Assembly: GCF_041956535.1 (NCBI RefSeq)
Contig: NW_027192199.1
Coordinates: 434,001-498,000, forward strand
Length of the DNA stretch: 64,000 nucleotides
Direction of reading: 5' to 3'
DNA from: Calcarisporiella thermophila CBS 279.70
Taxonomy: Eukaryota > Fungi > Calcarisporiellomycota
Shown: positions 19,872-34,703 of the stretch, in pieces
How the letters are laid out: every line of letters begins with the position of its first letter
Numbering within the stretch: position 1 is the stretch's first letter
Translations under genes and position numbers: made by a program
Notes under the pieces: generated by a model
What the model was told of the DNA's origin: nothing
The model's database searches: none
Seen by the model: only the letters and a program-made list of their open reading frames with translations

Positions 19872-21732
19872 TTACGGCAGTACTTTTGTACCCACTACCT
19901 CGTATTCCCATACTGGCTCCTCGCCCTCCTCTCCAACGTACAAGCGATACCAAAATCTTGGTGGTACCGCCTCAGTGTCGACATCAAAGATAGCATATTT
20001 CATATTCCCAACGCGTCTGTAATAGATCATCTCATCTGTGCCCTCACTTTTGCGTTCTTTGTAAGTGGAAACTCCGGGAAAATAGAACTGATTCACTGGG
20101 GAGGTTGAAAAGTCGATCATTCCATGTGGCAATCTCGTCACTGCAACTTCGTGGCGATCTCCCGACAGAAAATGAAGATTGGGAACATCCTTTAAAAACT
20201 CTAGTAGCTCCTCGCGTTCCTTTAAGTAGCCACCCCATGTATCCTTACTGGCATCGGGGCCACGCCAATTACGAGTGAGTGGCACGCTACTTATCACAAA
20301 TTTGAAAGTTGCTGTTTGATTGACGTCACGCGCCCATGTTTTGAAAATTTCCTTTTGTCTTTCGCCTAGCATCGTTTTCTGCGGGGTGTCAGGCTCAATC
20401 GCTGGAGAACGATAGCGCCGGGTATCCAAGAAGAAGAAAGCGATATCGCCATAACTATAATTGAAGTAGGCAGTGTCCGAGACAAGCGGGTCTCCATTTG
20501 GCAACCCTTGGTACTCCATGAATGCCTTCATCGCGCTTGTCATTGGATCCCGATCCCTCGAATCCCAGTTGTTGAAAATCTCATGATCGTCATAGACATG
20601 CAATGATGGCGTACGTTCATAGATCTGTTGATATTCAGGAGACCCATAGATTTGGCGGTAAAGAAGGCGATAGTTTTCGGTTGAAGAGCCGAAGAAGAAC
20701 GGAACATCTTGTAGTTTTTGAAAATTATTCAAAAATCTGCATATTCCTCTAAATTTATAGCTTACCTGCGTAAATAAAATCTCCCAGGAATATTAGTAGA
20801 TCCATTTTATGCTTGCCCATCTTCTTGAATCCTTTTACCCCCTCGTGTATGAATGGTCCCGGGTATGGGAAGTTGAGCTTGATACAACTTCCACTTCCAA
20901 AGCGCAATCGAGTGGGCTGTCCTGCGGGGGGAGCAGTTTTAAATGCGCAGTTTCTTTCAATTTGCTTTGGCATATCAAGTACATTATCCTCCTCGTCCAC
21001 TATACGCCACTCATATGAAGTCAATGGAGAAAGTCCAACTAAGGTCCCAGTAGCAGTATAGTCATTTTCAGGCTCGATATCTAGCAACGGCCCTCGTGTC
21101 CATTCCTTTTCTGCCTCTAGTGTTCGATAATCCACGCGTACTTTGGTGTGATTTCCGCCGAATCTAGGATATCGCACGAACACACGCGCATAGGTGTCGG
21201 AAACTAATCCAACCCGTGTAAATGCAAGATCATGATTTCGAAAAATGAAATGATCCCGGAACGTGAAATCAAGAAGCATGATGAACAATATTAGATTGAT
21301 AATCGAAGCAATGGAGTGATACCGTCGCCAAAAATTTTGATTATGATTAGGACGAGGGGTATATCTGCCTTTAAAATCTATCTTGCTATCAATATCTGTA
21401 GGGGGCACGGGCTTACGATTCCGGGCTTGGCGAGATTCAACAGAGGTGGAGGAACCGTTCATTGTATCTATCGCAGCAACGGAGCTGTCATTATTATATT
21501 CCTTATCAATATAAGGTACGGTTGTAGATCGACTCCGGAGCCATAAACTGAAATAAATTACAGCCAACAACACATTCGTTCTAAAAAACCAAGGACTTGG
21601 AAGCCTGTGATGAATTGAAATTAGATTTCTAAGCAATCCAGGGTGCAATGTGTTAATTTACCATCTCAGGTAAAAATAGGAGAGAAACTGATAAAATGAG
21701 GAAATGAAAAGAAGAAATTTTGGATGCCTCAT
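19872..21732 (-). CDS. Membrane-anchored PhoD-family alkaline phosphatase
   Basis: GSCIK, FLGDFIYADVP, YDDHEIFNNW, LDTRRYRS, LSGDRHE; N-terminal TM segments; probable first exon MRHPKFLLFISS...YFYLRW. Confidence 0.9.
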
Positions 21733-22542
21733 GGTGAAAATGATGAAAGAGGATATAGCTAAGAAACAGTGCTCTATTCTACTTAGCTAGTCTTATGAAA
21801 ACCTGCAAATCTACTTTCAATTTTCGCCACAGAATCTAGAAATAGCTTGCCCCAATTGTACAATAAAAACGAAGCAGAATTCGCTGTCACCCTCTCCCGA
21901 GTATACATCTAGATTGTGGTATTACGTTTGGTTTCGGATACTTTACAGACTAGAGTGACTTATTATCTACCATGTTTTCTGCAAAACAGTTAGTGATAGG
22001 CTGTATTTCAAAGCACCTACATGCCACAACTTAAGTATCCTATCGATTGTTGATATACCAAAAAAAAAGGATCTAATTAAACACTGTTTAAAGGGGTTTA
22101 CGAGGCCAAGACCAAACTTTCGTAGGTACTGTATACCATATTCTACGAAAATACTAGATATTTGAAAATTTAACAATTAGAAAAGTATTATTGCGAGTCT
22201 ATTATCGACAAAACATAAAATGAGACGGATAATCATTACTTAAGTGTACTAAGAAAGCGAAGGTACAATCTCACGTAAATTAACAAGGATTACAAAACTA
22301 TCAAAAGGGAGTTTGCCAGCGATTGCTCAAGTGAAAGTATAAAGTTAAATAGGTGGGGAAATAAGGATGAATACGAAAATAGAAGGGGAAAAGAGGGCGT
22401 GCAAGTTACATGAATATTTTCTATCGCAACCAGTGAAATAATATAGCAATCGCTTTTTTAAGTTTATTGAAGAACAAAGATAGAATCTTGCACTCTGATA
22501 TCGACTTATCATCTATAGAATATAGATTCTATTAGACTGGGA

Positions 22543-23262
22543 TTATAAAATGAAAACCGTGCTCTTAATCTTACGCGTATCACTATTGTGGCCAGGCCAG
22601 TAAGATAGAGAGAAGAAGTTCGTCCGCCCTGGCTTTTCCTGGTGCTTAGGTGGGCTCCCCTGATATCTCATAAACTTCCTCTTTTCATCATGACCAAGTT
22701 TACTAGTTTGAACCGGGGGAATAACCTGGTTTGGTAGTGGGAGCTCGGCTACAGGAAGAAAGACACTGTCGTTATGGTACGGGAACGCAAGCGGCCGGTG
22801 GTAATTTTCGGGAAGGGTCACAACTGGGACAGAGGTGGGATAGCGTGTCTGGCGAAAATGGTTTGGGGTTGACAAGCATATTCTCGGAGTGAATGAAGCC
22901 ACGGTGGACTCGCGCGAAATAAAGCTATCCATAGAGGAAGAGCTTAGCGAGGAAAGCTTGGCGCGAAGTACGTCTGAATGACACGGTGGTGATTGCTTCA
23001 AAATGATGAATACTGCTTCGTATGGTCGCGTAAATAAAGGTTCCTTTCTCGCCTCTTCAGAATATTTAGCATGGAGTACAAACGAACGAGCTAACGGTGA
23101 AATATGAAGCCTAGGGGGCACGGCCAGCGCAACCTTTTCAGGCGTTCGCATTTCATTTCCGCTAACCAGGCTTAAATCTCCAGGTGCCATGATCTCTGAC
23201 GTGAGGGAATGTAAAGAACATGTGGATTTGGTCGAGAAAGACGAAGCATAAATATTGGACAT
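22543..23262 (-). CDS. Hypothetical Ser/Pro-rich protein, intronless ORF (~239 aa)
   Basis: Long ORF from ATG MSNIYASS, with higher GC than its AT-rich flanks; no recognisable domain. Confidence 0.5.
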   Translation of the reverse strand: MSNIYASSFSTKSTCSLHSLTSEIMAPGDLSLVSGNEMRTPEKVALAVPPRLHISPLARSFVLHAKYSEEARKEPLFTRPYEAVFIILKQSPPCHSDVLRAKLSSLSSSSMDSFISRESTVASFTPRICLSTPNHFRQTRYPTSVPVVTLPENYHRPLAFPYHNDSVFLPVAELPLPNQVIPPVQTSKLGHDEKRKFMRYQGSPPKHQEKPGRTNFFSLSYWPGHNSDTRKIKSTVFIL

Positions 23263-24320
23263 TATACAAATGAAAGTGGAAATTACAAAGGGCAATTGCA
23301 ATAAGGGGTAGAGGAAAACCGGAGGAAAAAGGGAATACAAAAGAATATTAATATAGAGTTAAATAAAGCTGTTAAATGGTGAAATATGAAATGTGTTCTT
23401 CTTTTAAGCGCAATGTGCAACCCTGTGCAAATGTCGTTATTAATGATGAGAGGACATACTTGCAGGTTTTTTCTAACGGCTGAGCTGCCTCAATAGGAAT
23501 CAATTAAATAGGATATTAATTAACTATTTGCCACCAAATTTCTCGGATGCCGAAAAAGCATTACCTGAATTTGCGCATTCCCTATGGCACTATCTCATTT
23601 GCTTCAGCATGCGATCCAACCTCCTTGCAGTCGTAACTACTTCGTCCCCCTTTTGTCATTCCGAACATTTATAAGCGGACAGGCATTAAGACTGCAGTGT
23701 TCAGAGCTGTTGCTCTCGTAATGTATTGCTAAGAAACCGATTAGTCACACCTTACCTCATTATCTTTTATTTTCGCCAAATAACACATCCATTTGGATTT
23801 GGCTAGGACGTAATGGTCACTTATTTCCTATACAACTGATCCATTTTTATGTATCCTACTAATATTTACTAAGGTGGTATTGAGGATCATTCCGCCCTTA
23901 AGGTAAAGGATAAGTTGAAGTGCGCGATAATATAACGTGAAGGATCTTTAACATGAAAAGGTATATGAGGTCTGCCCGAATTCTATAATGATGCTGGACA
24001 GCATTAGACTTTCAAACGTAGCCTGCAAGGTTTATTTAATTCCTCACCAAGATGCAAGGAGCGACATATGCTAAGAGGAGCTTGCCTTAATCGTATCTAC
24101 GCTAATGCACCAAGTGTGACGTAATGGATTAAAATGCGTTGTAAAACGAGGATAAAACTAAGCCTTGTTAAGATGTGAAATAAAGAAATACAATGTATTG
24201 AAATAAATCTCAAATAACTTAATGAATAAGTATTAAAGCGTATGGGATAATGAGAAATATATGTATAAAATTTCATTGAAGTCTTCTCTCCAACATCGCT
24301 ACTTACATCCTCAGAGTTCC

Positions 24321-27300
24321 TTATGATATGCGTTTCAGCACATAGATCAAATCCGATGCTTTCAATACGATTCCCCCTAGCGGATTCGTATACACGAATG
24401 GATAATCATTTGCCAGCATGCATTTATCCACATCGCGATAGAGCCCGATTGGGATCATCCCCTGGTTCAAACATAACTCCATGAACAAATCTGCATAGGT
24501 CTTTCCCACCATAGCAGGAGGCATCTCGAGGGTGCATAAATAGGAGGGATCTACCCCAAGCTCTGAGTCAAGCTCAACGGACCCCTGGTAACGTACTCCA
24601 CACAGTAGTCGTACCACTTCGACCACGGCTGGTTTATGGAATGCTTGGAAGAGCAAGTGATCCAACAGGCTTCCCGAAAATGCTCCACCCGAGGCGTAGA
24701 TTGTGGAATGAAAGATATCGCATGGGATGCGCTGGCGCTCCATCAAATGCAAGAACCGAATGCTGGTCGGGTCCAGTAGATCTACCATTACACGTTTATT
24801 GGCTTGGAATAGAGAAGTAGGAGGCATGTCAATGCCTTCCATATTCAAAGTCGCCGATTGGGTATTCTCAAAGGAGGCTCCAAGCGCTATAATTTGCTCC
24901 ACTAAATGCCCAATCATAATTGCACTGCTGTCCGCGTATACATCCTTCGTCTGACCAGAACTAAACTGGGCCATGACCACTATCTCTCTCGCGCCTATCG
25001 CCCCCGCTCTTACCAAGTCGCTCTTTTTCCTGCAGTCGCCAACAACCCAGAAAACTCTGGGGAACATATGAAGATGCATGAACTCTTCTTCAGATGGCGG
25101 AGTGGATCGGAGTACAACCACGTCATAGAATTCATTCGCAATAAGATGTCGTGAGCGCAAAGTGCATACGAAGCGAAACAATTCACCCTCTCCCGCACAC
25201 ACTGTGATGTGATCACGCATTTCGCTCGCGCTCTCGATCACAATCATCTCCACTGAGAGGGGCGGATTTTTTAACAAGTAGCACAAGGGGACTTTCGCGT
25301 CAACATAAGGTGGAACAGGAAGTCCTATGTACATATCCTCAGAGGAAAAATTGCTTGCGTATGACAATGTCTTGGGAATGGGCTCTAGGGGATCAGAATA
25401 TACTGTCTGCTGAGGTTTTGGGGAGTCACTCTGGAGGCCAAGGAAAGGCTGCAAGAGTGGACTGCGAAGTATTGTCTTGTTGCGGCCTAATCCGCTCATG
25501 TCGGGCCGTGACCCTTGCCCGGAATATCTCCGGAGATGATTGACTTGTTGTTGGAGGGATGCATAACTAGGGTTAGAATTGACGGATTGTTCAAATTGCA
25601 AAGTATCCTAATTAATAAAAAAAGGGAAAGATTTTTATCCACCAGTATCTATGATTAAGGTGTAAAAAAAATGATCCTACCAACTCGGCAATATAGTCGA
25701 TTTCTCGAGGGCAATGGGCAATATAGATTAGCTCATCCCCGCTTTGCAGCTTATATTTGTCACCAGGATTGAGTACGAGATGATAGCCGTCATAGCGCTC
25801 CATGAAAATATTAGCTGCAATAAGGATCACCTGAAATTCATTATAGATATACTGGAATAGAAAGTAAGATATTAGTACTAAGACCTCTAGGATGTGATGT
25901 TATGAACAGTTTTGTTCATTTACCCATGAAATTTGCGAAAAGGTAAGCCCAACAAACACGGGATTGACAGGTCCTACATAAATCTCGTTTCCAAAACCAT
26001 CACCTAATAGAAACAGCAAGTGATTGTATTTGAGACCTCACTAGTTATTTGAAATTTACTCTTATGCCCTCTTCTCTTACCATATTGCGCTTCCCACGGC
26101 TCTCTAATTTTGCCCGTCGAATCATTTTGATACAACAAATTCACAAGCAGGGTTGCCGATCCACGGTACAAACAATTGTACGCTAGGAGCACCTGCTTGT
26201 ATTCTTCCACGCACAGTACTTCTCGTGCCATTTTTTGGAAAGCTTCGGTCGAGGGTCGAAGGTTGTACGTATAAATTGGGGCGGAGGAATGCACGTGAAA
26301 AGCCCAAGTCCTTAGTGTGTTGTGCTCGTCCTCTTCTACAGGGTTTTGAGCATTTGTATCCGCAATGATGAAGATAGCCTGGGCATACTTTGCGTTGGCA
26401 CGTCGTAAGTCGTTTTCGTCTAGGGCCGAACCATGGAGAAAAGTGACCCGGCTACGGTACAGAGGAGTTTCTGCTAAACTTTTAATCTCCTTTGAGGGCT
26501 TATTGCGGAGCATAAATACAACACGTAGGTCGTTCACTGTGTACTCTGAATGTAGGAACCCTTTGAGAACGTCAACTACAGATTGGAGGTCATTAAACGC
26601 TCCGCAGACAATCACATATGGGTTGCGACCACGGGCATATGCTCCGCCACCCTCTGTTGGTTTAGAGATTAGATTAATTTTTTTTTTGGATGCGAATAAA
26701 GAGTGCACCGTCAACTGACCTTTTCGTTGCCTAAAAGCGTCTACAGTGGACCCAATCAGCCCGGGGAGCACTGAGAGCACGATGACAATCATAAGCATAA
26801 TCACGACTTTGGCTGGTGAGGATTTTGGAGCATAATCGCCATATCCCACTGTTGAAATGGTAATCATGATAATATATCTACCCCGTACATATAATCACAA
26901 ATTAGTTTCCTGCACACTAAATTTAGCAGAGAAATATCCTACAGAGAATCCAACAAGGTATACGGTATTGGAGGATCTGCGAATACCAGCTCGCAGTATT
27001 GAAACGCGCAGAGACCACTATATATAATGGCGGCAATATTGGTGATAAGAGTGATCAAATTACCAGTAGCGGAATCAATAAAATTGGTGGACGCTATTCA
27101 TTGGGATATCGAGTGAGCCCTCATCTTTCAATGTTAAATTTACAACGAATCATACATGCGTTCTCGATATCCATTCGTAGAGACAGTGCCTTTTGAAGTC
27201 TTGAAACAACAACCCAACTTCGAATCCAATAGGGTACTGTAATATAAAAACGTGGAAAATGTTCATCCTTATTCGTGATCAAGCCAACAATAGTTACACT

Positions 27301-28769
27301 TACCATAAAGAAATTCCCCATTGATGACGAAGAGTGATACAATAAAGGGAACAATGGTAATAATATCAATAAGTAAATAAATACTTAAAATTTTTTTCCA
27401 CCGATTATCACTAAACATGATGCCTTTTAGAATGAAGATTATTAGTAGAAAACACAAGCGCCAAAAAGAAAAAAAAGATATTTACGGGTGATAAGGGACA
27501 GGAGGTTCCAGAAGCTCATCGCCACTGCAATAATCCTATAGATTGAAAGAAAAATAAGATTAGAGCTTAAGAAAGGAGAGGACATATCCATTACCAGAAG
27601 AATCTAGGGCGATCAATAAAGAGAAATGTGGGGTTGAGGTTTTGAGTTGGTTTGCGGAAAGCGATCTCAACCAAATACAAGATACTAAATACATGAATGA
27701 TCAACCAAAGTGGGCTTAACATCTTGAGAGAAAACGCCACAGGCTTACCAAAAGATCAAATCGACGAGGAGATCAATTATAACCTATTCGAAGAGGGTAA
27801 GGGAATAGAATATTAATGGTATCGGGAATATGGTCGTTACTTACAAACATAATAATTCGCTCTTTGCTTTGGAGGAGTTCGCTCAGTTTGGTACGGTACA
27901 TATCAAAGTCGAACATGAGAGAAACCCAGGAGAGAAAGGTATTAAAGTTGCCGCCCTTTTCACTTTATGAACAATAAGGGATTAGGGGAGGGGAGGATAT
28001 GGAGAGCGGTATTTAATTAGTCTTACGGCAACCGCTGCTCCAACTTGTGCAACTGATACGCTTTGCGCACTTGATCAAATGATTTTACGTTCGTGTCCCA
28101 ATATTTCTTTAGTGGCCCTATTTTCCTACTTAGCTGCGCAACCATTTTATCTTCAGAGCTAGATACAACAAAGGTTGACATAAGTCGCAAAAACGAGATG
28201 CCCCATGATAGATTTTTTCACTTCAATAATACTCGTGTGTTATGTACAATAAAAACAAAAACCTACTTTTCATCGATCGCCTCCATGATATATTCGCCAA
28301 CTTTCGACCTATTTTCCCCTAATGTTCGCAACCTAACCAGCGGGTTTGGCTTCCTATGTTGGATGTTTCGTTCCGTCGGGGATCTCTGAAATGACCGTGG
28401 CAGGATTGAATCTTCCGGGGTCACATTCCCGATAGATATTCTCCCTAACGAGGCACGGCGTGAAACAGAGCTTATCATGCTCTGTCTTCTTAGGTCATCG
28501 TTACTGGTTGAAATGAGGGGACCAGATGGATGATGAGAGGCATAATTGTTATAAATGTTGCCATTAGAGAACTCAGAGGATGAGCTACGCCTTCTCCGAG
28601 CTTGCAGCGATGTGACTCTAGAGTGATCCACATCGGTTTGTGAATAGCGGGAAGACGGTAGCGAAAAGGGAGCGGAAACGGAGTCTTCCAGAGGATGTGT
28701 AATTGAAACATTGGGGCGAGAACTATCAGAGTCAACAGAAATAGTCATATCATCGCTCCGATGAGCCAT
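24321..28769 (-). CDS. Slo-family (KCNT/Slo2-like) K+ channel with two RCK domains
   Basis: Selectivity filter TISTVGYGD; RCK1 FLHGSALDENDLRRA, TLRTWA, EEYKQVLLAYNCL; RCK2 YASGGAFSGSLLDHLLFQ, IPIGLYR, TNP...DLIYVL. Confidence 0.9.
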
Positions 28770-29061
28770 GGTGCAGAAATTGATCTATCGCCGGGCGAGA
28801 AGGCCGTGGTATGCTAAATATACATTTCAAGATACCCTTGAGTTTATAACTACTCGTTCTAGATACATATCGGACTCTGAAATTCCCATTACACTAAATT
28901 TCCACTCCTATAATTCCAAGCAGATCGCATTTGATAAAGTTTTATATACACTAAATAAAGATTAGCCCAAACAAACACAAAGGGAGAAGGGCTCTGTGAA
29001 AGAAGCCAAAATGGAGAAACAACAATAAAGCCGAATGACGTGGGATCCGGCGGCCCTCGCA

Positions 29062-30002
29062 TTAGAGGGGCTTGTGGGCCCGCCGCTTTTCCCATCCATA
29101 GGGAGGAGTTGCCCGGTTGGAGAAGCCGTCGAATTTTGGCATGTGCCATTTGAGTTGCACCCCGAGACCTATCAAGAACATGATCGCAACGCCCACAAGA
29201 ATGCCATACACACGTCCACCCGAGAATTCAAATTTCCCACCAGTGAGGAACGAGTGGACTGCGTCTGCAAAACCTGTGCGCGCAAAGAAATCCACACCAA
29301 GGAAAAACGCGAAAGCGCCAAGGAAGGCGGTCGCCGTGGCAACGACCGGCCGTTCGAGGAAGATTACAAGTAAGATCCCGGCCAGAACAAACACGGCGAT
29401 AAAGATGCCTCGACCAGTGGAAGACTCTATTAGTCCGTTGGCTTTAAAGGCGAGCAGATACATTGCGACAGTATACCCGGCCAAGCCTCCCAGCACATAC
29501 ACTCCAAAATGCCTTGGGAAAAAAAGTAAGTCATCAAATAGTCTCCCGATTAAAGAACATCCAGTATTTACCAGCAGCAGCACAGTATAAGCCCGGCAAT
29601 AGCTCCGACAATCAGGGATACTGCCAGAATAAGCGATGGATTTCCAGCCGCCGGACTATTTAATAGCCCAATGGCAGCTAGATTAGACACCGTGTACAAC
29701 CCGATCATGAACTAAATTTCCCATAAAGAATTAACCAAAATAAGCGAGCAAATGGACTGCGAGAAATGTACCATTGTCAGCTTGAAGAATCGATAACCAA
29801 AGAAGCAAAGATAAATCCCCACGCATATTAAGACTACACCACCAATGCCAATGGGAACCGGCAAGGGACTATTGTTGCCAGTGAGAACTGGTGGTGGTTG
29901 CTGTTGCTGTTGCTGGCGCTTGTCTAATGGATGACCCATAATCTGCAAAAATAGCAACAACATCACAAATATTCTTAGCCAGCGAGATGGAAATGTAGAC
30001 AT
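29062..30002 (-). CDS. Multi-pass membrane protein, DUF4203/TMEM198-like
   Basis: Signal peptide, GIYLCFFGYRFFKLTM, GGLAGY, ATAFLGAFAFFLGVDFF, GLGVQ. Confidence 0.8.
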
Positions 30003-30272
30003 TTTAAAATCTGGCAGGAAAGGAATGGGTTAGGAGAATTGAAATGGCAAGAAGGAAGAAATGATGTGTAGATGTGAGGTATGGGCCAAGGTATATTGAG
30101 TATGAAATTAATTTTTGCTTAACTATTTAATTTAGAATAAGGAAAAGTGGGTGGAGCTTTTTTCTTATTTGCCTGTAATTCGTGTATCACTCTATCAGTC
30201 TTGGCCTGATTCGAAATGAAACCCTCTCTTTATTGGATGCTTGGGAAGAGTATACAAAAGTACAAAAAGACT

Positions 30273-31543
30273 CTAAACAACGGGCGGTGTGTCGCCAGCT
30301 TGGGGTGGGATGTACGTGGTATCCGGGGACGCCTCCGCATCTGATGGCACCATAAAATCCTTGGACTCGTACATATAGTGTTTCAGTAGCGCATCTTTGG
30401 CAGCCTTTGAAAACAGAGAAATTGAGCATATTACACATTAAATCCAACCCATGGAATTCCATATATTACCCGAAACTCTGCCATTTTGATGGAAGATCCA
30501 TATCCTTCACCAATCTTCTCATTTCCTGAAAAGACGCCTACGATGAATACTGGGGAATTGGAGAGACGACCTGTTTCTTTGAGAATTCTATCCAAGTACT
30601 AAGGGTCAGCAACGTGAGGAATCAATTAGTGTGCCGGTATTTGCCTATATACCTTGATACAGGACTCTGCCTATTTTGTCGTTTCATAAGCGTAGAAAGA
30701 TATCGTTTCGGCTCTTTGATTTCAATCAAAGAAGTGATGTCAAGTTCACGCGAGAGTATATATGAACGAATGAAATTGCGTGCGGCAATGGCTCCTTTGT
30801 CTTGGTAAATAGCTCCTATTAACGCGCGCACTGCCTGGGCCATGACAGTAGGCTGAATAAGTTTAACCGGTTCACTAGGCTAAACCATAACATCAAACGC
30901 AATTATATTAATATACATCACAGAGGTGGGAAATGCTTGACTAGAGTTTACTTCAGGTCGCGTCCATCGGATAATGTGCTGTAGTCCCACTTCTTCACCA
31001 AACTTGGTGAGAGATTGTCGGCCAATAAGCGTAAATATCGCGTTCTCTAGTGCGTCGTTAGGCAAATTGGGAAACCGCGAGTGCAAATGCTCCGCGACAT
31101 ATAGCTCAAGGACTCGTGCACCTAATATTTCATGGGATTTCAATAAGTGTCAAGCGTAATTTTATCATGTAATTCAATAGACTACCAAGATATTGCAATC
31201 GTTCATTATGAGGTTCAGCTCCTTGCTCAAAAGATTTATGGGTCACGGCCTGCAGCAGAAGAGAGGGATCAGAGAATCGCAATCCAAGACGAGCGCTAGT
31301 GGCGACAAGCGTTGGATTAATCTCAATTTTTGCTGGCTGAACCTCAGTTTCAGCATTGAACAGTGTGCTTGTTGCATGATAAAGATGTCTTGATGATCTC
31401 GGGAATGCTCCTTGAAAATATTGGAGACACGTATTAAAGCTAAAGCCATCGGTATATTTCCCAAAATAAATCCTACCTCTCAAAGCAACCTGTGATAGAA
31501 CACCCCGCACACAAGTCAATCTACTTACTACCCTTGTCGCCAT
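30273..31543 (-). CDS. MRPL3: Mitochondrial ribosomal protein mL44 (RNase III-like + dsRBD)
   Basis: Mitochondrial presequence; [44 protein letters not shown]...[16 protein letters not shown]. Confidence 0.88.
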
Positions 31544-31698
31544 TTACAAATCGACCGGTAAGAAGGTTATTCAAGAGTAAACACTTCACTCAATCTGAGT
31601 GACTGTTTCCCGAGAGAATAAATAATAATGCGCCACTTTCTTATTACTTCAATTGAAATTTAACAGTAGCCCTCTTTTGGATCGTAAAAACTGCCAGG

Positions 31699-32770
<1,072 letters not shown>

Positions 32771-34031
32771 AGTTGTCGAACTATTCTTATGTAATCCAGA
32801 GATTGATTGGTATTTTGTAAAATTGAATAGGAATAAAGGAACTTTAGTATGGATGCGTGGATATAGATACATGGTGTATATTGCAAAATAACATAAGCTT
32901 GAGCGGAGTACTCAAAACAGTTAAATGACTTTTCAACGTTAGAGTTGTTTAATTTTATACCCATTCAATGGGATTTAATATCATAGTTATTGTAGGCACT
33001 AGCTTTTTCATTCAAACTTTTAAAACAAAACATGTACTTCGGCCTAGAAGGCGTGTTGTTTCTCATTCCATTTTCAGTGCAAGCAACTATCCTAGTTATA
33101 AGCTAATTCTGGGTAAGGATACAACCAACCTTTCATTAAATGTCACCTTAGCTTACTACCTTCTATATCGTACATTTTCCCGATACCACTCTTTTAATTT
33201 ATAATATTTTCGACAATACCCTTAGTTCTCAGTATGAAGGGTAGTCGATTTTTTTTCTAATGGACTTAGACGATGAGGTAGAATGCTTGTACGCTCTTAA
33301 TAGCCCTTATACTTGGATACAGAAACAGCACATCTAATATGTGAGGCTATAAATCGGGTGTAATGGGAAGAGAGATTGCCGGTAGTGAAAAGTATCAACA
33401 GCAAAGTAAAGGAGCTGAGTGAATGAATAGTTAATTACCTGGCAGTGTTTCCTAGTCTTTATACTCTGAGTCTTTTCGAACGCTGTAGTATTTTAAGCGT
33501 AAATTACAACCCCACATTATTTCACAGTAAATTTATCTAATCAGAATTTTCCCATTAAATTTGCCTTTGGATATAATCTTTCCGAGATTAACTAATGAAA
33601 ATGCAAAAAATGAAAGCTCCCTAAACATGTTTCTCAATTGTTACAATAACATGTGAAAAACCAAACACTGTTGCGAAAAAATATAGAGACTCAGAGTTTC
33701 AATTAATCTTATGAATAATGTAAAAATATGCTTCCCTCGGAGCATACTCAATACTGAGCGCACATTTAATTCTAGTAACACCTTTAAACCATGCTCTGCT
33801 TGGTTAGCCATATTCGTTACCTGTGAATTTGAGCTCCGCTGTCAAATTAACTATATTGGTTGCATACAACACAAGAGGCGAGATGAGATCAAGTTACGAT
33901 TGCACGTGTAATTAATGTGTATGGATAAATTTGTCGTTAGAGGTTTCGAGCTCAAAAATATTTATTTTTCCACTAAAGTCTCGATTGAGACCCATTGACA
34001 TAGGACACATATTTTAAAATCTCTCAAAGTA

Positions 34032-34703
34032 ATGTTTTCCAAACTACTAGCAATTGCATTTCAAGCATGTCTTTTGTTGTACACGTTCAAAGAACCTGCT
34101 AAGAATAATCTGAGAGATCGTGTTAAATCTGAAGGGTTCCTCGGCTTCTTCTTCGTGAATATTCTACCTTACGCTGGCGTAATTTTTGTACTAGGAAATG
34201 TAAGTTGGTTTATTGTGGCAATGGAACAAGAAAGAAAGATGTCTCCATTCATGAGGAACACGAGTAATTCGAATTTATCTCAATGGACTGGAAATGACGT
34301 TGCAAGTTTTCTACTCTGTACTCTCGGTGCTGGGCTGCGCATTTGGTCGCTCCTTACCCTCAAGGATTTCCACTCATTTAGCCTGCGGATACGTCAGGGC
34401 CATAAGCTAATTCGCACTGGACCATACAAATATGTGCGGCATCCTTCTTATACAGGTTTAATCGCAAGCATATTGGGATTTTCTGTGTTTGTGTTCTATC
34501 GGCGGTTATTTTCTTGCTGCATTCCTACCTGGATTGTCCCAATTGCAAACAATCCTTTTGTATGGTTAGCTGGCTTCCTGTTTTCATTGATTTTTTTGAA
34601 GGCACGTGTAGTCAAAGAGGAAATAATGCTTGCGGAAAGCTTCCCTGATGATTGGAAGCAGTTCAGCGCTAGTCGAAAGAGGTTTATACCGTATATTATT
34701 TAG
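34032..34703 (+). CDS. ICMT/PEMT-family membrane methyltransferase, intronless
   Basis: GLRIWSLLTL, HKLIRTGPYKYVRHPSYTG, RVVKEEIML, RKRFIPYII. Confidence 0.85.
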   Translation: MFSKLLAIAFQACLLLYTFKEPAKNNLRDRVKSEGFLGFFFVNILPYAGVIFVLGNVSWFIVAMEQERKMSPFMRNTSNSNLSQWTGNDVASFLLCTLGAGLRIWSLLTLKDFHSFSLRIRQGHKLIRTGPYKYVRHPSYTGLIASILGFSVFVFYRRLFSCCIPTWIVPIANNPFVWLAGFLFSLIFLKARVVKEEIMLAESFPDDWKQFSASRKRFIPYII

